A stretch of 64,000 nt of DNA from Takakia lepidozioides (lineage: Eukaryota; Plantae; Bryophyta). A program made the position numbers and the translations under genes. The first letter of the stretch is position 1. Each line of letters starts with the position of its first letter. This document shows positions 49,070 through 63,400 of the stretch, piece after piece. The stretch lies in the NCBI GenBank assembly GCA_030704615.1, contig CM060733.1, forward strand, positions 22,816,001-22,880,000, read 5' to 3'. The notes beneath the pieces were generated by a model. That model searched no databases. It was not told the origin of the DNA and saw nothing but the letters and a program-made list of their open reading frames with translations.

Positions 49070-49620
49070 AAAAGCTACATCTTGTGATTGCGGTTGTCCC
49101 ACCATGATCGTGAAGGATCTTTACAAACTCATGCCAGCTCTGCTCCGTGCCGAGTCTGATGAAAGGGCAAAACAGGCTGAAATAGGTCGAAGAAGAAGGT
49201 GCCCTCACCACATTGTCCTCAACCTTGTGTCATGTCCCATGGAGGATTTGACTGACCATGAACCCAAGAGGACCTTTTGTGTGTGCTACTTGTGTCTGTC
49301 AGGTAATGTCGGATTGGTCTGTGAGAACTACCACGATGTAGCTGAGCGGGCGTCGATTGAACACGAACTGCCAAGAGCAAGCTGACTTTCCCAAGAACCT
49401 TGTAAACATCAGGAAGAATACCACATCACGGTACTAACATGAGCTAAGAGCCCATTGTGGTTGCGGTGCAGGTTGCGCTTCGCCCCGCATCAGTAGCTCT
49501 ATGCAAAGCCTCCATCCCACGCCCTATCCTGCAATCATCGTGTTCCATGACACATCAGCTCGATACTAAGAAACCGCACAGGAGAAATAAGAAAAAAAAA
49601 GCTAAATCCCAGCCCTCTAA
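49070..49620. repeat. Segment duplicated at about 54415-54965 (associated with PPR debris)
   Basis: TTGCGGTTGTCC..GTGAAGGATCTT..AAATAGGTCGAAGAAGAAGGTGCCCTCACCACATTGTCCTC is shared by both. Confidence 0.75.
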
Positions 49621-49759
49621 TGGGCAACCCTATAAGCAACTTTTTAAATTGTTTTAACTTTTTGGCTACCACGCTTGCACTAGAAGTCATTCCAACGACT
49701 ATTTGGTGGTGAGCTCACGCTGGTCAACCATCGTTGACCAATCTTCCGGCTAGTGCGGA

Positions 49760-49941
49760 GCCATGCAGTCATGACGAAGTCTACCAACGTAGTTACCCAG
49801 AGGACTACATAGTCACGTAGTCATTTCAACGACTACGTGAGGCCCCATTTGGTCCAAAAATACAGGGAAGTCATGGTCAAAGTCAAGAAAACCATGACTA
49901 CTGCGGCTTGACAGTCAGATTTACCGCGCTCTGTTGTAGTG
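49760..49941 (+). mobile_element. CACTA element end inserted in a Gypsy RT
   Basis: ...CTCTGTTGTAGTG at 49941 (reverse complement CACTACAAC) with GACTAC/GTAGTC repeats; interrupts RT exactly at FVIVY|(LDD). Confidence 0.65.
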
Positions 49942-51700
49942 TACACGATCACAAAGTCCTCCAACCACTCCTGGAAAAGGCCATTCATTAGCGTGCTAAA
50001 GGTCACGGGTGCGTTGGTGAGCCCAAAATGCACACCAAGAACTCATCTGAACCATATCTTGTCCAGTACGCGGTCTTCTCCTCATCTTCTTCCGCCACTC
50101 GGATTTGATGGTAACCTAAGCGCAAATCGATCCAGCCGAAATACTTTGCTCCTGCCAACCGATTGAAGAGATCGTCAATCCTTGGCAAAGGGTACCGGTT
50201 TTTGATAGTCACCTTATTCAGAGCCCTGTAATCGACACACATCCGCAGCGTCCCATCCTTCTTGTCTGCGAATAGCACCGGGGCTCCGTAGGGTGACTTA
50301 CTCGGCCGGATGTACCCCTTCGACATTAGATCCTTGAGCTGGGCCTTTAGCTCGACCAACTCTCTGTGGCTCAACCGGTAGGGCGCCTTGGCAGGCGGCT
50401 CCGATCAGTATCACCTCTATTTTGTTATCAACTCCTATTCGCGGTGGCAAGCCGCTTGGTAAATCCTCCGGCATCACATCCTCCTTGATCCAATCTGGGC
50501 TCGGCTCCCTATCGACTTCTCCTTCCACTTGTCTTACGTAAAGCAAAAATTGGGGTTCGTGTGGCTCCTCCATGACCCACTCCTTTGTTGTCAGTAGGTT
50601 TATTCGCCCTCCCACTCGGTTGGGCGTTTCCGACACCCGTAAAACTTTGCCATCATCCCCACACAGTAGCGTGACTACTCTCTTGCGGTCATTTATGACC
50701 GCTTCGGATTTGCTCAAAAAGGTCATCCCCAAAATGAGATCCACTCCATCGATCTCGCAAATGGTGAAGTTCTCACGTCCCTCCCAACTCTCGAGCCGAA
50801 GAGGAACATCGAACACCAACCTTGTCGCCAGTTGTGGTTCTCTTTTGGCAGAACGCACTTTAATAGAGGCCCCCACATCACTTGTCGGGAGCCCCAGCTT
50901 CTGTGTCGTTGCCGGTGTCATGAAGGAGTGCGACGCTCCTATGTCCACCAACAACGACACGTTAGTTCCGGAAATTATCCCACTCACGAACATTAACTGA
51001 CTTCCTTTACGCAAGGGGCTAGTCTCCTGATACAACTCACAAGAGTAGTTGCCTACCTTGCAAGTCTTGGCAACCACCGCTTCCACCAAGCGGCTGATGG
51101 AATCTTCGGACAACTTCGTGGTCGCCCGAGTCATGTTCAATTATCGGGGTTTTGCGCACTTCTTGGTCATGTGCCCGAGCTCCCCGCAATTATAACACAC
51201 TCCATCGAAGGTCGCCTTTTGTCCGCCATAAGGCGCTGCACCTGATTTTTCTTTCGGAGCACCAGGTGCCGCCTTGATGTGTGAAGGCCCTCCCTTCGAA
51301 TTCCATGTGCCATTGTCGCCGTGTGGCCTATCCCACTTCTTTTCCGGTCGGAAGGAGTCACCCTCCAGCTGGGTCTTCTTGTGGTTCAGCTCCGTACGGC
51401 CTTGTTTTTCGCCCCTAGGGATATCTGAGAAACATTCAGCCCTTTCAATTGCCTCGTTCAAAATCATAGGTGGCTTCTCCTCCAACTTCCGTCTGGCCCA
51501 TGGGGCCAGTCCCACCACAAAGTTGAAGACCATTTCTGGTTCTGCCATATCCGCGACTTTGAGCAACAACACATTGAAAGCCTGAACATATCCCCGAATG
51601 TCATCCGTTTGCTTCAATTCCTCATCTTGTCTCGAGCAAGCCAGGACGCGTTGAAGGGCACAAACTATCTTTTAATAAGTTCCTTGAATCCATTCCAGCT
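49942..51700 (-). pseudogene. Ty3/Gypsy gag-protease-RT (degenerate)
   Basis: Zinc knuckle CYNCGELGHMTKKC; protease LLVDIGASHSF; [40 protein letters not shown]. Confidence 0.92.
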
Positions 51701-53422
51701 CAAGGTTTCTGGGTTTGGACCTTGGTCATGAAGGCTAGATGAATGAGAGGTCCAGACATCAAAACCCTAGAGTGAAGTATTAAATAAATGACAGTGCTGC
51801 CAGCATGGCGTTCACGAAGGATTTGAGTTAGGTACCACTTGTATGTGAACGCGATGAAAAAACACAAACACCAAGATACCTCTCAGTTACCACTAGTTGT
51901 GCACAGACCTTAAAGTACTATCTGGAAAACATTGCCTCGCCTAAGCTGCATTGCTCAAATGGAAATGGAAAGGGAAAGTAGCAAATGCAATTGGTACATG
52001 AAAATTTGGTCCATAACTATATTTTTTTTTGGAAAAGGAAAGGGGACAGAGGCCCTTTTAATCAAATTAAATAATATAAAGGTCACAGAACTTGGTGGAA
52101 AAACTAACTTTTGGAATCATAAAAAGATTTAAAAAAAATCATAAAAAAATGGATTTAATGTCCATTGTCGCGCGGAGTCCACTCAGCGATGAGATCAAAT
52201 GTAGACGCTTCAAAACCAACCTTACGCTTAGGTATGCGCGTCGCTGCACCATAGCTTGACCTCCTGAAGATCTTCTTCGCACTCACACTCTTCGTTGCGC
52301 TGCCTATGCAGATTTCTATTCAGTACAGATTTCAATGGAGCATTGTAGAATCGTGTGGAATTTGTTGAGGAAGTGTGTTTTTTTGGGTGTCCATGAGAGA
52401 TCGCAGTAGATCTTCAAGAGGTCATGGCACCAGGGTGCCATTCACTTGTGATGTTGGAAACACTGTCTCGCTACCCTCCTCTACATCTGTCTTGCTCCAT
52501 GGACACACGGCTGGCGACTTAGCATAATCTCCCCGGACTGCATGTTGCCTGAACCTAGCCAATGTGCATCTCACAACAGACATGATCTGACTACTTTTGC
52601 AGTCCAAGGCTTTCTGCAGGGCCATCCTCATGGCATGTCAAGTGCCTAAGTAGTGTACGACTGAAAATTGACACACTACTAAACTCTAAATCACGCCTGA
52701 TCCTCCAAATAAAGGTGATTAAGAACATGGGGTTAATCAAGTAGCTGCAGTAATGTATACTTAAATACAAGAGCTTTTAAAGTTTGAGAAAGAGATCACC
52801 TACAATTACATAAGTGCAGTAGCAATACGCTGCCCACCATTCTTGGTATTGAACGTATCATGAAAGTAATCATAATGTGCCTCATATTGTTGACCTTCTT
52901 TATAATGCAAAACCTGCAACCCCTCACCATGCTATGCAAACAGGCAATTCTTCAATCTGACCCTGATGAAAACTGTAAATATGTGAGACTCATTTGTGAA
53001 TAGTCAATCAACCAAAAGCCCAGGTTGGAGTCAGCTTCCACTGGTTTGAAGTGGTAGAGTACAGTGGTCCAATATCCATTGCAGATGGCAACGCCCTTTA
53101 GACCAGCACAACAACTTATATATTATGATTATCACAAATCCAAGGTTACTGCCAATGGAGATAGGCATGGCGTCCCAGGAGCTGTGTTGATGAACCCCAG
53201 CAATTGCCAGGTTCCAAATGGAAGAAAATGATAGACAAAAGTATTCCTTTACCCTTCACCATTTGGCACATGATTCACTCGGACGTCATAATCCACACAT
53301 GCATTACAATCTCTCCCTCTAAGCAGTAAGACCCTAGAACGTAATTAGGGTATCATTGGACATGCACTTAAGAGACAGACATATGTATCTGAATCTACTG
53401 AAATGCCTCCTTGGTTTAAAGT

Positions 53423-54370
53423 CTATAGAGCCTCTTTCAGTCTGCCTGCCTCACAAAACATATTCACATGCCCAGAAGTGCCAAAAAAGGCATTGTAGAC
53501 TCCCTCTCTTGATCCTCTTTCAGAAGCTGTGGTCATGGTTAAGGTGCCTGGTTTTATCAACTGTGGCGCCGCTGCAGCACCTGCCTTTAGTTGACCATCT
53601 ACCCATGCAGGTTTCTTGTAGCTATTGATCCACAGGGAATCATAGGTAATCTTGTGCTTGAAATTTGGCCCTCTTGGATGAATCTGGACCGACACTCTAT
53701 CCCTGCCCCTTCAGCTATCACAGCCTCTACACAAATCATGCATACATCCTTGCCTTGCAGCTGATAATGACAGCCTATATTTGTTCTAGGAAACACCCAA
53801 CTCAACTTATCACACTAGTTCCTATGCTGAATTGCGCCTGCTACTCTCTGTAATCTAACAGGCATTTATTTTTTTGCCTTGGTTGTCCCACCATTGACTG
53901 GGATCAAAAAATTATTCATTCCACAGCTACTCCTTATCTCTGTTACGTGTTTTTGGATACTTTCATGTTGTCACATTGGCAGTATCATGTCAAAGTCACT
54001 CCAAACTATCAAAGATTCGCTCAACCAGCTAACTTGCAGAACTCAACATGGAATTTTAGGGCCGATTCTGATAAGAGGGGAAAACAGGGTGAAATGTGTT
54101 GAAGAAGGTGCCTTCATTAGCAGTGCCTGATTTTATCAATTGTGCTGCTACTGCTGCGGCTTCCAGTTGACTATCTACCCATGCAGGTTTTTTGCAGCAA
54201 TGGATCCACGGGGTATCATAGGTAATATTGAGTTTGAAATCCGGCCCTCTTGGATGAATCTGGACCCAAACTCTACCCCTGCTCCTTAAGCTATCCATGC
54301 TCTACACAAATCATGCATACATCCTTGCCTTGCCCTAGTAACTGACAATGACAGCCTACATTTGTTCTAG
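53423..54370 (-). pseudogene. Two further 5' fragments of the PPR gene seen at 28740-29060
   Basis: KKPAWVDGQLKA..QLIK.GT..SERGSREGV is repeated at 53423-53800 and, in part, at 54056-54370. Confidence 0.75.
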
Positions 54371-57300
54371 CAAACACCCCAACCGTGTTCTAGAAAACGC
54401 CCCAATCGTACATTAAGAAAAAGCCTCACCTTGCAATTGCGGTTGTCCTACCATCGTGAAGGATCTTTAAAAAACTCATGCCAGCTTTGCTCCGTGCTGC
54501 AAATTTAGGGCTGAGTCTGATGAGAGGGCATACAAGCTAAATAGGTCGAAGAAGAAGGTGCCCTCACCACATTGTCCTCGACCTTGTGTCATGACCCATC
54601 GAGGATTTGACTACCCACCTCTTGTGTGTGTTGCTTGTGTCTGTAGTCAGGTAATGTCGGATTGGTCTGTGAGAACCACCACGGTGCAGCTGAGCGGGAT
54701 GAGATTGAAACAAGGCCTGCTAGACCAAGCCGACTCTCCCAAGAGCCTTGTAAACATAAGGAAGAATGCCAAATCATGGTACTAACAGGAGCCAAGAGCC
54801 CACCTTTGCAGGATGGACAAACTTCTTCACATCGTACTAAGGAAAAGCCACACCTTGCGATTGCGGTTGTCCACCCAAGCTATGCATATCCTGCAGATCA
54901 ACAAGACCATCTACCGTGCTTTGGCACTAAGAAGACGCAGACCCCAAAAAACACCAAGTCCCAGCCCTGCAACACAACCCTAAACTCGAGCACATTCATT
55001 CACTCATCCATCGTAATTCATCCTAAACACTCATTCATCCATTCAATCATCCTAAACATTCATTCATCATTCATTCATCCATCCATTCATATTTTACATG
55101 TGTAAGATTGACTTCTGGGTCTTATCCAATCAGGTACATTCAAGTTAACATTTGAGTGGGGGAGGATTATGTGCTTCATCTAGGTATTATCTAGTGGAGG
55201 TATACCCGGATCTTACTCATTTTTGGCACCAATGCGTGGTCTCTCCCTTATAGGGAGGAGCCAACAAAACAAACGTCGCGCTTCATATATTGATTGTGGC
55301 CTTGAATTCAAAATGGGAGAATCTTGTAGAGTTGTTCAATACATAGGCGCTTCCCTCTATAATAGTTCAACATTTTTTGTGTGAAAGAAGTATGTTCAAA
55401 TTTTGATGTTTAGTAGTACTAAAGATTGGTGCCCATATATCATGTATGGCTTATATTACAAATTTCTTACGAAAATGGCCTCGAGTGGTTTTGCATGTCT
55501 ACAGTCTTATTTGCTCATGTCCGCACCTTACAAAAGTATATGAAATACCTTGATAGGATTTTGACTCATAATGTTGTAGAAGTTGAGTCATAAAGGTTAG
55601 GAACAATTTGGGACATTTGAACCTTGTACAATTCTTCAAGACTACTTTAGGACCCTTAAACTTGTTAGATAACAATGAGTTTTATATAGGCATACTAGCG
55701 CAACGCGCTTCAATGAATTTTTGATAATAAAATGTTTGTGTGGTTTCATACTAAACTCATATTCATAAATTTGGATTGATTGCACCATATGCACTGGGAA
55801 ATAGATGTGCCATCCTTTTTGGCATACTACTAGGAGCCAAAAAAGATATCACATTCTGTTTTCCAGTGCAATTAGGACGGCCAGAGCTGGCGGTCCCATT
55901 TATCAATTTTTTTATTTTAAAATTTGGAACTTCTGGAGCCGGTGATCCCAAATTTTTCTAAAAATATGTTTTTTAAAATTTCGGACAATTAGATATGACA
56001 TGATGGCTTTTGTGTTACTATTGTAAACAATGCAATATAAAGGTTAGAATTTAAAGAAAACATTTACACAATATAAAGTCAGGTTTTGAGGTGGCGTGAC
56101 ATCGCGTCATTTCGTTCCAACCTGGATGGGAAGGACATGATTATGGTCTTTGCCCGACGGTCAGCACCGGTACCCAGGGATATATGAGATAGCACTCTGA
56201 ACCACAAATATCTGTTGGGCCCAAGAGTTTGGCACCATAAATCATGTCATCATTTTCTTGGTTTTGGGCCCGGACCTGGTGTAAACCGCTTGGGTGCATG
56301 CTAGTCCACATGAGTCATACATTTGCATGGGCTTCCTTCTCCCATTGAAGTCAAACCGTATTCACTCATTTATTGTCTCTATAGGTTAAAAATAAGTCGA
56401 AAATATAGGGAAGAAAAAAGAAAGATGCCACATAAAAGTGAAAAATACGAAAAAATAGTGGCCATGTGGCAAACAACAAAAAAAGTTCCATGTCAACTAC
56501 ATAAACAATATATATACTTCAGAAGTTTGATTAAGTCTAATTAGATCCGAAATATATTTTGAAATATATTTAAAAAAAAATTGGGACTGCCAGTGCAGCA
56601 GTCCCATATACTTTTAAAATAACTTGGGACCGTTAGTGTTGACTTGACGGTCCTGTTATAATTAAAACATATTTTTATTTTATTTTATCTAACAAAATTA
56701 ATATTAATATATCCTTATTAATAATTATTTGGGGAAAAAAATTAAAACCCTCATGTCCTCGCCACTATTTCCATAGGAGTCATGCCTTGGTCTTAGCTGC
56801 TACTTTCATCCTGCGGGATGGTACTCTCTTCCTATGTGTCTTTGGGTTGGTGGTCCCTCACCGCATGGTGTGTTTGCATGGTGTGTTTGCTTTATGGCCC
56901 TGAGGGTTTTATTTTTCCTCTCATTCAAACAAAATAACGGGGCTTCATCCTTTTTATTAAAATTTATAAAAAATAAAAATAAAACAAAATGCCGTATTTC
57001 TTGAACATAGATTTTTAATGACCTGTTTAACTTCTCCCGCCCCCCTATTGATAGCCCGATCCACGTCACCAAACTACAGATAAATGCCTGTATGTGTGAA
57101 CGGAGGTACATAATAGTCGGGTTATCAACAGGGCTAACCACAGGTGTGAACTGACCTTAAGCGTCAATTTGGTTTTTGTCAGCAAAGTCGTACTCGTAGC
57201 AAGTAGGTACCACAAAATGACTGGAAGGTCGTTCCAATGACTGGATGTAGCTCTGATCTATCCTTAAAACAGCCCGTTATGTCCGGTAACAGGTGGCCTC

Positions 57301-57500
57301 TAGCCGGTTACGTAGGGCTGATTTCTCTTTGTAAATTTCTGCCCGTTATCTAGCATAAGAGCCCGCCCCATGATTACCGGTGCATTACACGAGTGTGTAA
57401 TGCACACCTGCAATATTTCTTTATCTTTACCTCAAAGATTTTTTCAGGGCAAGCTACTGGCGGGGGAGAAAGCATAGGAAATCGTCCCATTTCTTTACGC

Positions 57501-57639
57501 AGGGTAATGCCCCTGGTGTCGGGCACTCCCGGATTTTCGGGCCTGACCACCGACGGCGAAATCCGGGCCTTCCCCTGGGGCTACCGCCCTGGGGTCAGCC
57601 CTTAAATCCGGGAATGCCCTCCACTCAGGGCATTACCCT
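57501..57639. mobile_element. MITE-like 139-bp imperfect hairpin
   Basis: AGGGTAATGCCC(C)TG ... CAGGGCATTACCCT termini, with inner arms CCCGGATTT/AAATCCGGG. Confidence 0.5.
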
Positions 57640-58970
57640 ATATAACTAGTCCTCTACTACAGGCTAAAATCTTACATGTACTGGTTTTAGCTGTAAGATT
57701 TTCCCCGCGGGGTTGATTGGCCTCATAAAAAGTGTCGAATTGAGGAATGCATAGATCCCAAACTCTCAGTCCAACTTAGTCACATGTGCAGGAAACCTTT
57801 CCATTTCAATTTGTATCTGCATGCTAGTAGCAGACACGTTTCGAAAAATCATCTCAAGGCTGCTTAAAACGGCAAATGAATACGACAACTCAATTATGTA
57901 GACTAGATGGGACAGAACGTTCAATTCTTGTCGACAAACTACTCTTCCGAGCTCACACTCAGGGATGAAGGTGAAGTCCTTGCGGCTAGACAATTACCAG
58001 AACCACCGTGCCAAGAGAAGTCAGCACATTGACGAGTCTTTGGATTTGAAGCACGCTGCAGGACCAAGCAATGTTCACTGTTCTATTTCCGGAATATCTT
58101 CATCAATTGTGCTCTCAGATTCCAGTTTCTTCACATACTCACTCTCTGCCAGAGGGATCTTGAAATCCCCGTTTCGTCCCTATCAAGGTCTCCCTGCAAG
58201 CTCTGTTGTACGCTGACCTGTATTTGGTTCCTTAATTTCCTGCTCACAAAGGCATTCTTTGTGACATACGTATTACGATCTGCAGTATATATTCATCTCA
58301 TGAACGACGATGTATCAAGCTAAAATGATTTTTTAACACACCACTCCAGGCAGGTGACGGAATGCTTAAAAGTGTTTGCTGGACTGACAGCATCACATGT
58401 ACACCCTTGGAAAAAGGAACCGCTGCACTCAGCAGGTTGGATTATAGCGCGCGGTATGATAAAAACCTGTACACGACATAAAGGTGAGAAAGATGTAATT
58501 CCGATTCCCCTAGTTCTACAACATAGGTATGAAGGACGATCTGACGTTGATCAATGTTATGCTTCCACAATCGAATAAGCAAGCAACCAGGTTAGCTCTT
58601 GGCCCGACCTTTCAGTGACAGGCTCATGCATTCCATCATATCAATTGACCACTTGAGACTTATCTAGTTCTGTATCAGTTCTTTCCCAAAGCTTCTGTAA
58701 TTGAACATGCGGTCCTTCTTATCCACTCTCTGCAGGCAAGCTATCGGATGAGGACTTTTGGCGCCCGTCTATCTAGAGTTCTCATTTTGGATCGAAAGAG
58801 CGAAATGACCGCAAATGCAATGTATTTCTCCAGCGGTAACTTGTCTCTGGAAGGTGACCTGTATAAATCCTTCTGATGACAACAGAGGTGCAAAAATTGT
58901 TCGCCGTGAAGGCAAGTCTAGACAGAGTCATTGCTCCTAATATGTCTAGGAAGCTTGCCAGAAACCTCGC

Positions 58971-60485
58971 TCAAGTCTCCGCAGTTGGTGTAGACAGGGG
59001 ACATTGGCGAATGGACACCAGACAGAGCTTCTGCTTGAAGAGCTGCTGCTGAAGGATCTCCGATAGGATCAAAGGACTCGTTGCCGCTCTCAAAGGCAAG
59101 GCTGAACAACATTGAGAGGCTTCACCTGTAACCGCAGCCGCCCGGCTTCTTTGGGGGCAATCTATGCAAGTCTCAGTCTGGACTTTGGGCCACAGAGATG
59201 GCGTCGCGACGGAAGTCGTCACTGCCATTTCGCCTAAAGACTCGAGGAGCTGCACCTGCAATTGGAGGAATTTAACGTAATCGATAGCCTCGTCCAGCAT
59301 GGTGGCAGTGTCCATCTTGTTACCACCAGGAATGAGCTTCTCTAAAACTCTGACGCGCTCACTGATCTTCTTCCTTCTATGCCGAGCAGCTACACTTTGT
59401 GGCTCAATGGAGGTGGGCGCGACTTTGCGATTTGACTTTCCCTCTTCCGCTGTATTCAATGTTTGCACAACTGCTCCAGGAACAAGGTCGTGAGCTGAAA
59501 GGTTGTCATGAGAAGGGAGGTGGACACCCGGAATCTTGATCTCCTTCCATAATGACGCTCTAGAAAGAGGACCAATTGTGAGATCAAGCCCCCGATTTGT
59601 GTTTGAGGCAAGAACATTTTGCGAAGTCTGTTGATTAGCTGCAGGCCTGTGCACACTATGGTCCAAACCTGGATAGTAGCTCCGCCGGCGTTTAAGTGGA
59701 GGGACAATGGTGGTTGTTGAGCATGTTGGCATGTCGAAGGAATTTGCCTGCGTCAGCAGGTGACCACCTGTGAGTACAGCGTTGCTGTCATCTTCAGCTA
59801 CTGCGGCAGGATTATGCATCCAAGAACCATGAAATGGTGCCAAAGTATCGTGCTGCAAGATGTCGAGCCTTTGCGAATGCAAACTGCAGACGCGTGCGCC
59901 TCTATCTGTAGCTGCGGACGACGATTCATCTGCAGGATGTTCTGCAATGAGAGAAAATTCAGATGCAGCTCTCCAGTTGTCAGTGGCAATGTTCTCACTT
60001 CCAGACGAATTGGCCTCCTGCACGCACTCGTTTGAGGATGTGAGCAAACAAGGCTGTGGTGCCATGGCCTGAGGCGTGAAAGGTGGGACAGGATCAACGT
60101 AGTGATCTTGAATGAGAGAGTAGACTTGCAGCCATTGAGGGAGGTCATTGAGTCCCGGAGCATAATATGGATCCCCTGCAGCTAATGTTGGCATCACGTC
60201 AAGCCCCAGTGCGTTGCAATTGCCATGGATATAGTGCAAACCTTGGTGGAAGTAGTTCATCTCGCTATGCGTGTGTAGATCTTTCGTGCGGCCATCCCAC
60301 GTTTGCTCACTCAGCACAAGAGTTGGTTCTGTGGTGGACCACGACATCGCTGGATTTGCAAGCTGCGGGAAAGGCCCCAATGTGTAAGGCCCATTGAGGG
60401 CATTCTCTTCGAGAAACGGAACGTGATCAAGCGCCATGCCATGGACATCCTGCTGCTCCTCCATCGATCTGCTTCTCCAAGACAC
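58971..60485 (-). CDS. Intronless bHLH transcription factor, plant subfamily VIII (HECATE/INDEHISCENT/BONOBO-related), 504 aa
   Basis: [57 protein letters not shown] in an uninterrupted ORF; the exact start codon is uncertain. Confidence 0.93.
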   Translation of the reverse strand: MSWRSRSMEEQQDVHGMALDHVPFLEENALNGPYTLGPFPQLANPAMSWSTTEPTLVLSEQTWDGRTKDLHTHSEMNYFHQGLHYIHGNCNALGLDVMPTLAAGDPYYAPGLNDLPQWLQVYSLIQDHYVDPVPPFTPQAMAPQPCLLTSSNECVQEANSSGSENIATDNWRAASEFSLIAEHPADESSSAATDRGARVCSLHSQRLDILQHDTLAPFHGSWMHNPAAVAEDDSNAVLTGGHLLTQANSFDMPTCSTTTIVPPLKRRRSYYPGLDHSVHRPAANQQTSQNVLASNTNRGLDLTIGPLSRASLWKEIKIPGVHLPSHDNLSAHDLVPGAVVQTLNTAEEGKSNRKVAPTSIEPQSVAARHRRKKISERVRVLEKLIPGGNKMDTATMLDEAIDYVKFLQLQVQLLESLGEMAVTTSVATPSLWPKVQTETCIDCPQRSRAAAVTGEASQCCSALPLRAATSPLILSEILQQQLFKQKLCLVSIRQCPLSTPTAET

Positions 60486-63400
60486 AAGTGCAAAGGCGCG
60501 ACGAGGGATCTGAACCTGTGCGAGGAAGAGAGGCGGCAGAGGAACCAGCGAGGGAGATGATAAATCCCAGACGCTTCCACGCGACGCCCGTTCAGTTTTA
60601 GTTACCGCGGTTGGTTATAATCCTCAATGAGCGTGTTTATGGTTTTACCCTCCCTGGAACCACTCCCAGTACTCCCTATCCCCCCCTAACCCCTATCACC
60701 CCCCCATGCTCCCTCCTTCCTTCCTTCCTTCCTTCCTCTACTTTATCTGCTCCATCAAACACACCCTTCTGCAAAGCTGTGGATTTGAACCTCAATCCAC
60801 CAACCACCCATTTTGTTTTTTTGATCGGTTACAAAACCCACTTGATAGAGCCTATCACCCCCCTATGGAGCTCCCGTAACTGCTCCCCTTATCACCTGAT
60901 CATTACTCCCAACAAGTAAACATGCCTACACGCTAGGTAACTCCCTACCCATTCTCCAGGTACAAGAGTTCATATCTTGTTCCACTAAAGAATCCTTGCG
61001 AACCATGTTTTTAAGCAGCTCATATCGTCAAGTAGAGAAGGTGGATTTGAGCCCAGGACCCTATCACGAGTGTCGTCACAGATTTCCGTGTAATATTGAT
61101 GGCATGTGCTTCCCTGGAGGGGCGCAGAGATAGGGGTGATTAGCGCGCACTGAATCTATGCGTAGGGATGTTCTTGAGGGAGTGTCAGAGTCGGTTAGCG
61201 CATGAATGAGGCGCGGTACGTGGGGCCGGGTAGTACGCGCGGTAGCCTCCAATAAGGGGCCCCGCTCGCCTCATCCTGAAAATGATGTGCGTAATCAGCC
61301 GCTCTTATGGCGCGTACTGTCCGCCTAGCCGCCGCTGTCCCTGCCCTCCTTTACTACATCCCCACATCCCCCTCTAGTCAAAGATTAGGTCAAATTTCAT
61401 TACTGTGCTGCGATTTGGTGGCTGCAAGGGTTTTTTTCGTCAAGCGGATTTGAGCTCTGGACTTGTGGACAGACACTGATCTAATTATCGAAAGTGGGTT
61501 GAAGTGTGCAGAAGATTTTGCATGGAAAAGCCTGGCGAGGAGCAGCAATCTAATGATTTAGTGTAACTAACTGGACACCCCATACAGCTAATCTCAGCGT
61601 TGGATTTTGAAATCCATGCAACGGACCCCTGAGATCTAGCTACGCCTTGGCGCAGTACTCGAGACAGGGTTCTAGAAATGGTGCGTGGCAGCCCATCTAT
61701 GTACCCGGGTGTGTCTGTGTGACACCTATCATTGCGCCACAGCTCTTTTGTACTCTCGTACTGCTGATTTGCTTTGCTTTGCTACCATCATTCCCTCGCT
61801 TTTGCCTCTCTCTCTTCATAACTTGGGCACCACCTCGCTCCCTCACCCCCCTCCCGTCTTCCCTTCTCCCTCAACTCTTCCGTTATGCAAGCCTGCCTGC
61901 CTGCCTGCCCTCTGCTCTCCCCCCACTCCCCACACCCTCTCTTTGCTATCATACACGCTTTCCACTTGTGCATGCCCGCCCTGTGTTGACTCCCCCCACA
62001 TCCCAATCCGATGTGCTACTGTGCCTGCTGCTCGGCGGGATCATCCGGGTTCAAATCTGCAAGGCCTCCAAATCCAGCCCGAAGTATGGACCTGTTTTAG
62101 AGCCTTGCTTAACTGAACAATCTTGATTACCTCTAACTGCCTCCGTTATACAGTACATGCAAAACCGACCGAGGCAGGTATCTATCGAGGCTGGCACTAG
62201 GGTGCTCGAAGAGGCTGTGTATTGCCTTGCATGGAACGCGACACCGTATGCATGAAGAAAATGATCGAATGTACGTTACGTCGACCGTATGTCGCCGTCG
62301 CCAGCTTTTCACGTCTCTATCACCACACTCCCTGCACTCTGGCGATTCAAATTATATGCTGCCTTTCTGCGAGCAATGAATGATGGGCATCATCCGTCAT
62401 CGGGCTCTTCATCCATTCCAAATGCCAAACTCCCTCCAGCACAAGCAGTACGACCAGTAATAAACGGAAAATCATTTACACAGTAATTATGTAAAATTAG
62501 GTCACTATCGGGGCTGTGTCATGAGCAGCTATACGTGTACGTGTACCCGGTACAGGAATATCGTACCACCGTATCTTCATACGATTTTCTGTCAGAGACC
62601 ACCCCGCGTCGGCGCTCTACCAGGTATTCATCTGCCAATACATATATACGCACATACATGGGTAAGTACAAGTACACCGCCTCTGGTATGTATGTATGTA
62701 TGCGTTAGGAATCCGGCCTGACAGAAGACTGCCACGTACCTGTCCACGTGTACGATTGGATGCACGTGACGAGCGACTCAGCACGCTTCCCCCCGAGAGC
62801 GACATATACGTACACGCCTTTTGAACCTGTATACGTGCATCATATTCGATATACATATATATATGTGTGTATGTAGCGTATGGTAGGTTAAAATACGGTA
62901 CGCATGGTGTTACCGGCGTCACGTCACGTTTCCGCGCGTAACTTGCATTGCCGAGAAGTGAGGCGGATAGTTTTGCGGGTAGAATGTTGTGGCGAAACTA
63001 CCCTGCTGCGACCAGACGCAGGGTCTTGCTTTGGCTGCATATAGGCGTGTGCCGCGTGGCATTTGCACCTGTCTCTGTGGTTATCTTCTCCTCGCTTGCT
63101 TGCTGGGATCGTTTCCTGCATCAATCAGAAATGCGCTGAAGTTGGATAATCCATGTGCTGTTTTGTGGAGATTAGAGTAGATTGGTGGTGAGCGCGAAAC
63201 TCGACAGGGAAATCAGTCTTCTTTTTCGTCCTGTAAGTGCTCTGCCGCGCCCAGCCTCCCTTTATTCTGGTTTCACTATGTAAATGTGCCAAATGTGTGG
63301 TTTTCGTGATGATTGAATCGACAACCCGTTTCAACTTCACGAACGTTGCATGACATTAAGGGATGCGTGAATTTTGTTGGATTAGGTCGGACAGAAAAGT

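Noticed and set aside
49678-49941. Complete mini-CACTA element from CACTAG (49678) to GTAGTG (49941)
   Set aside because: The termini match poorly beyond CACTA and the 3-bp flanks (TTG versus TAC) are not a duplication.
51138-51143. Programmed stop-codon readthrough between gag and protease (in-frame TAA)
   Set aside because: The element has other lesions (frameshifts, CACTA insertion), so a simple nonsense mutation is just as likely; one copy cannot decide.
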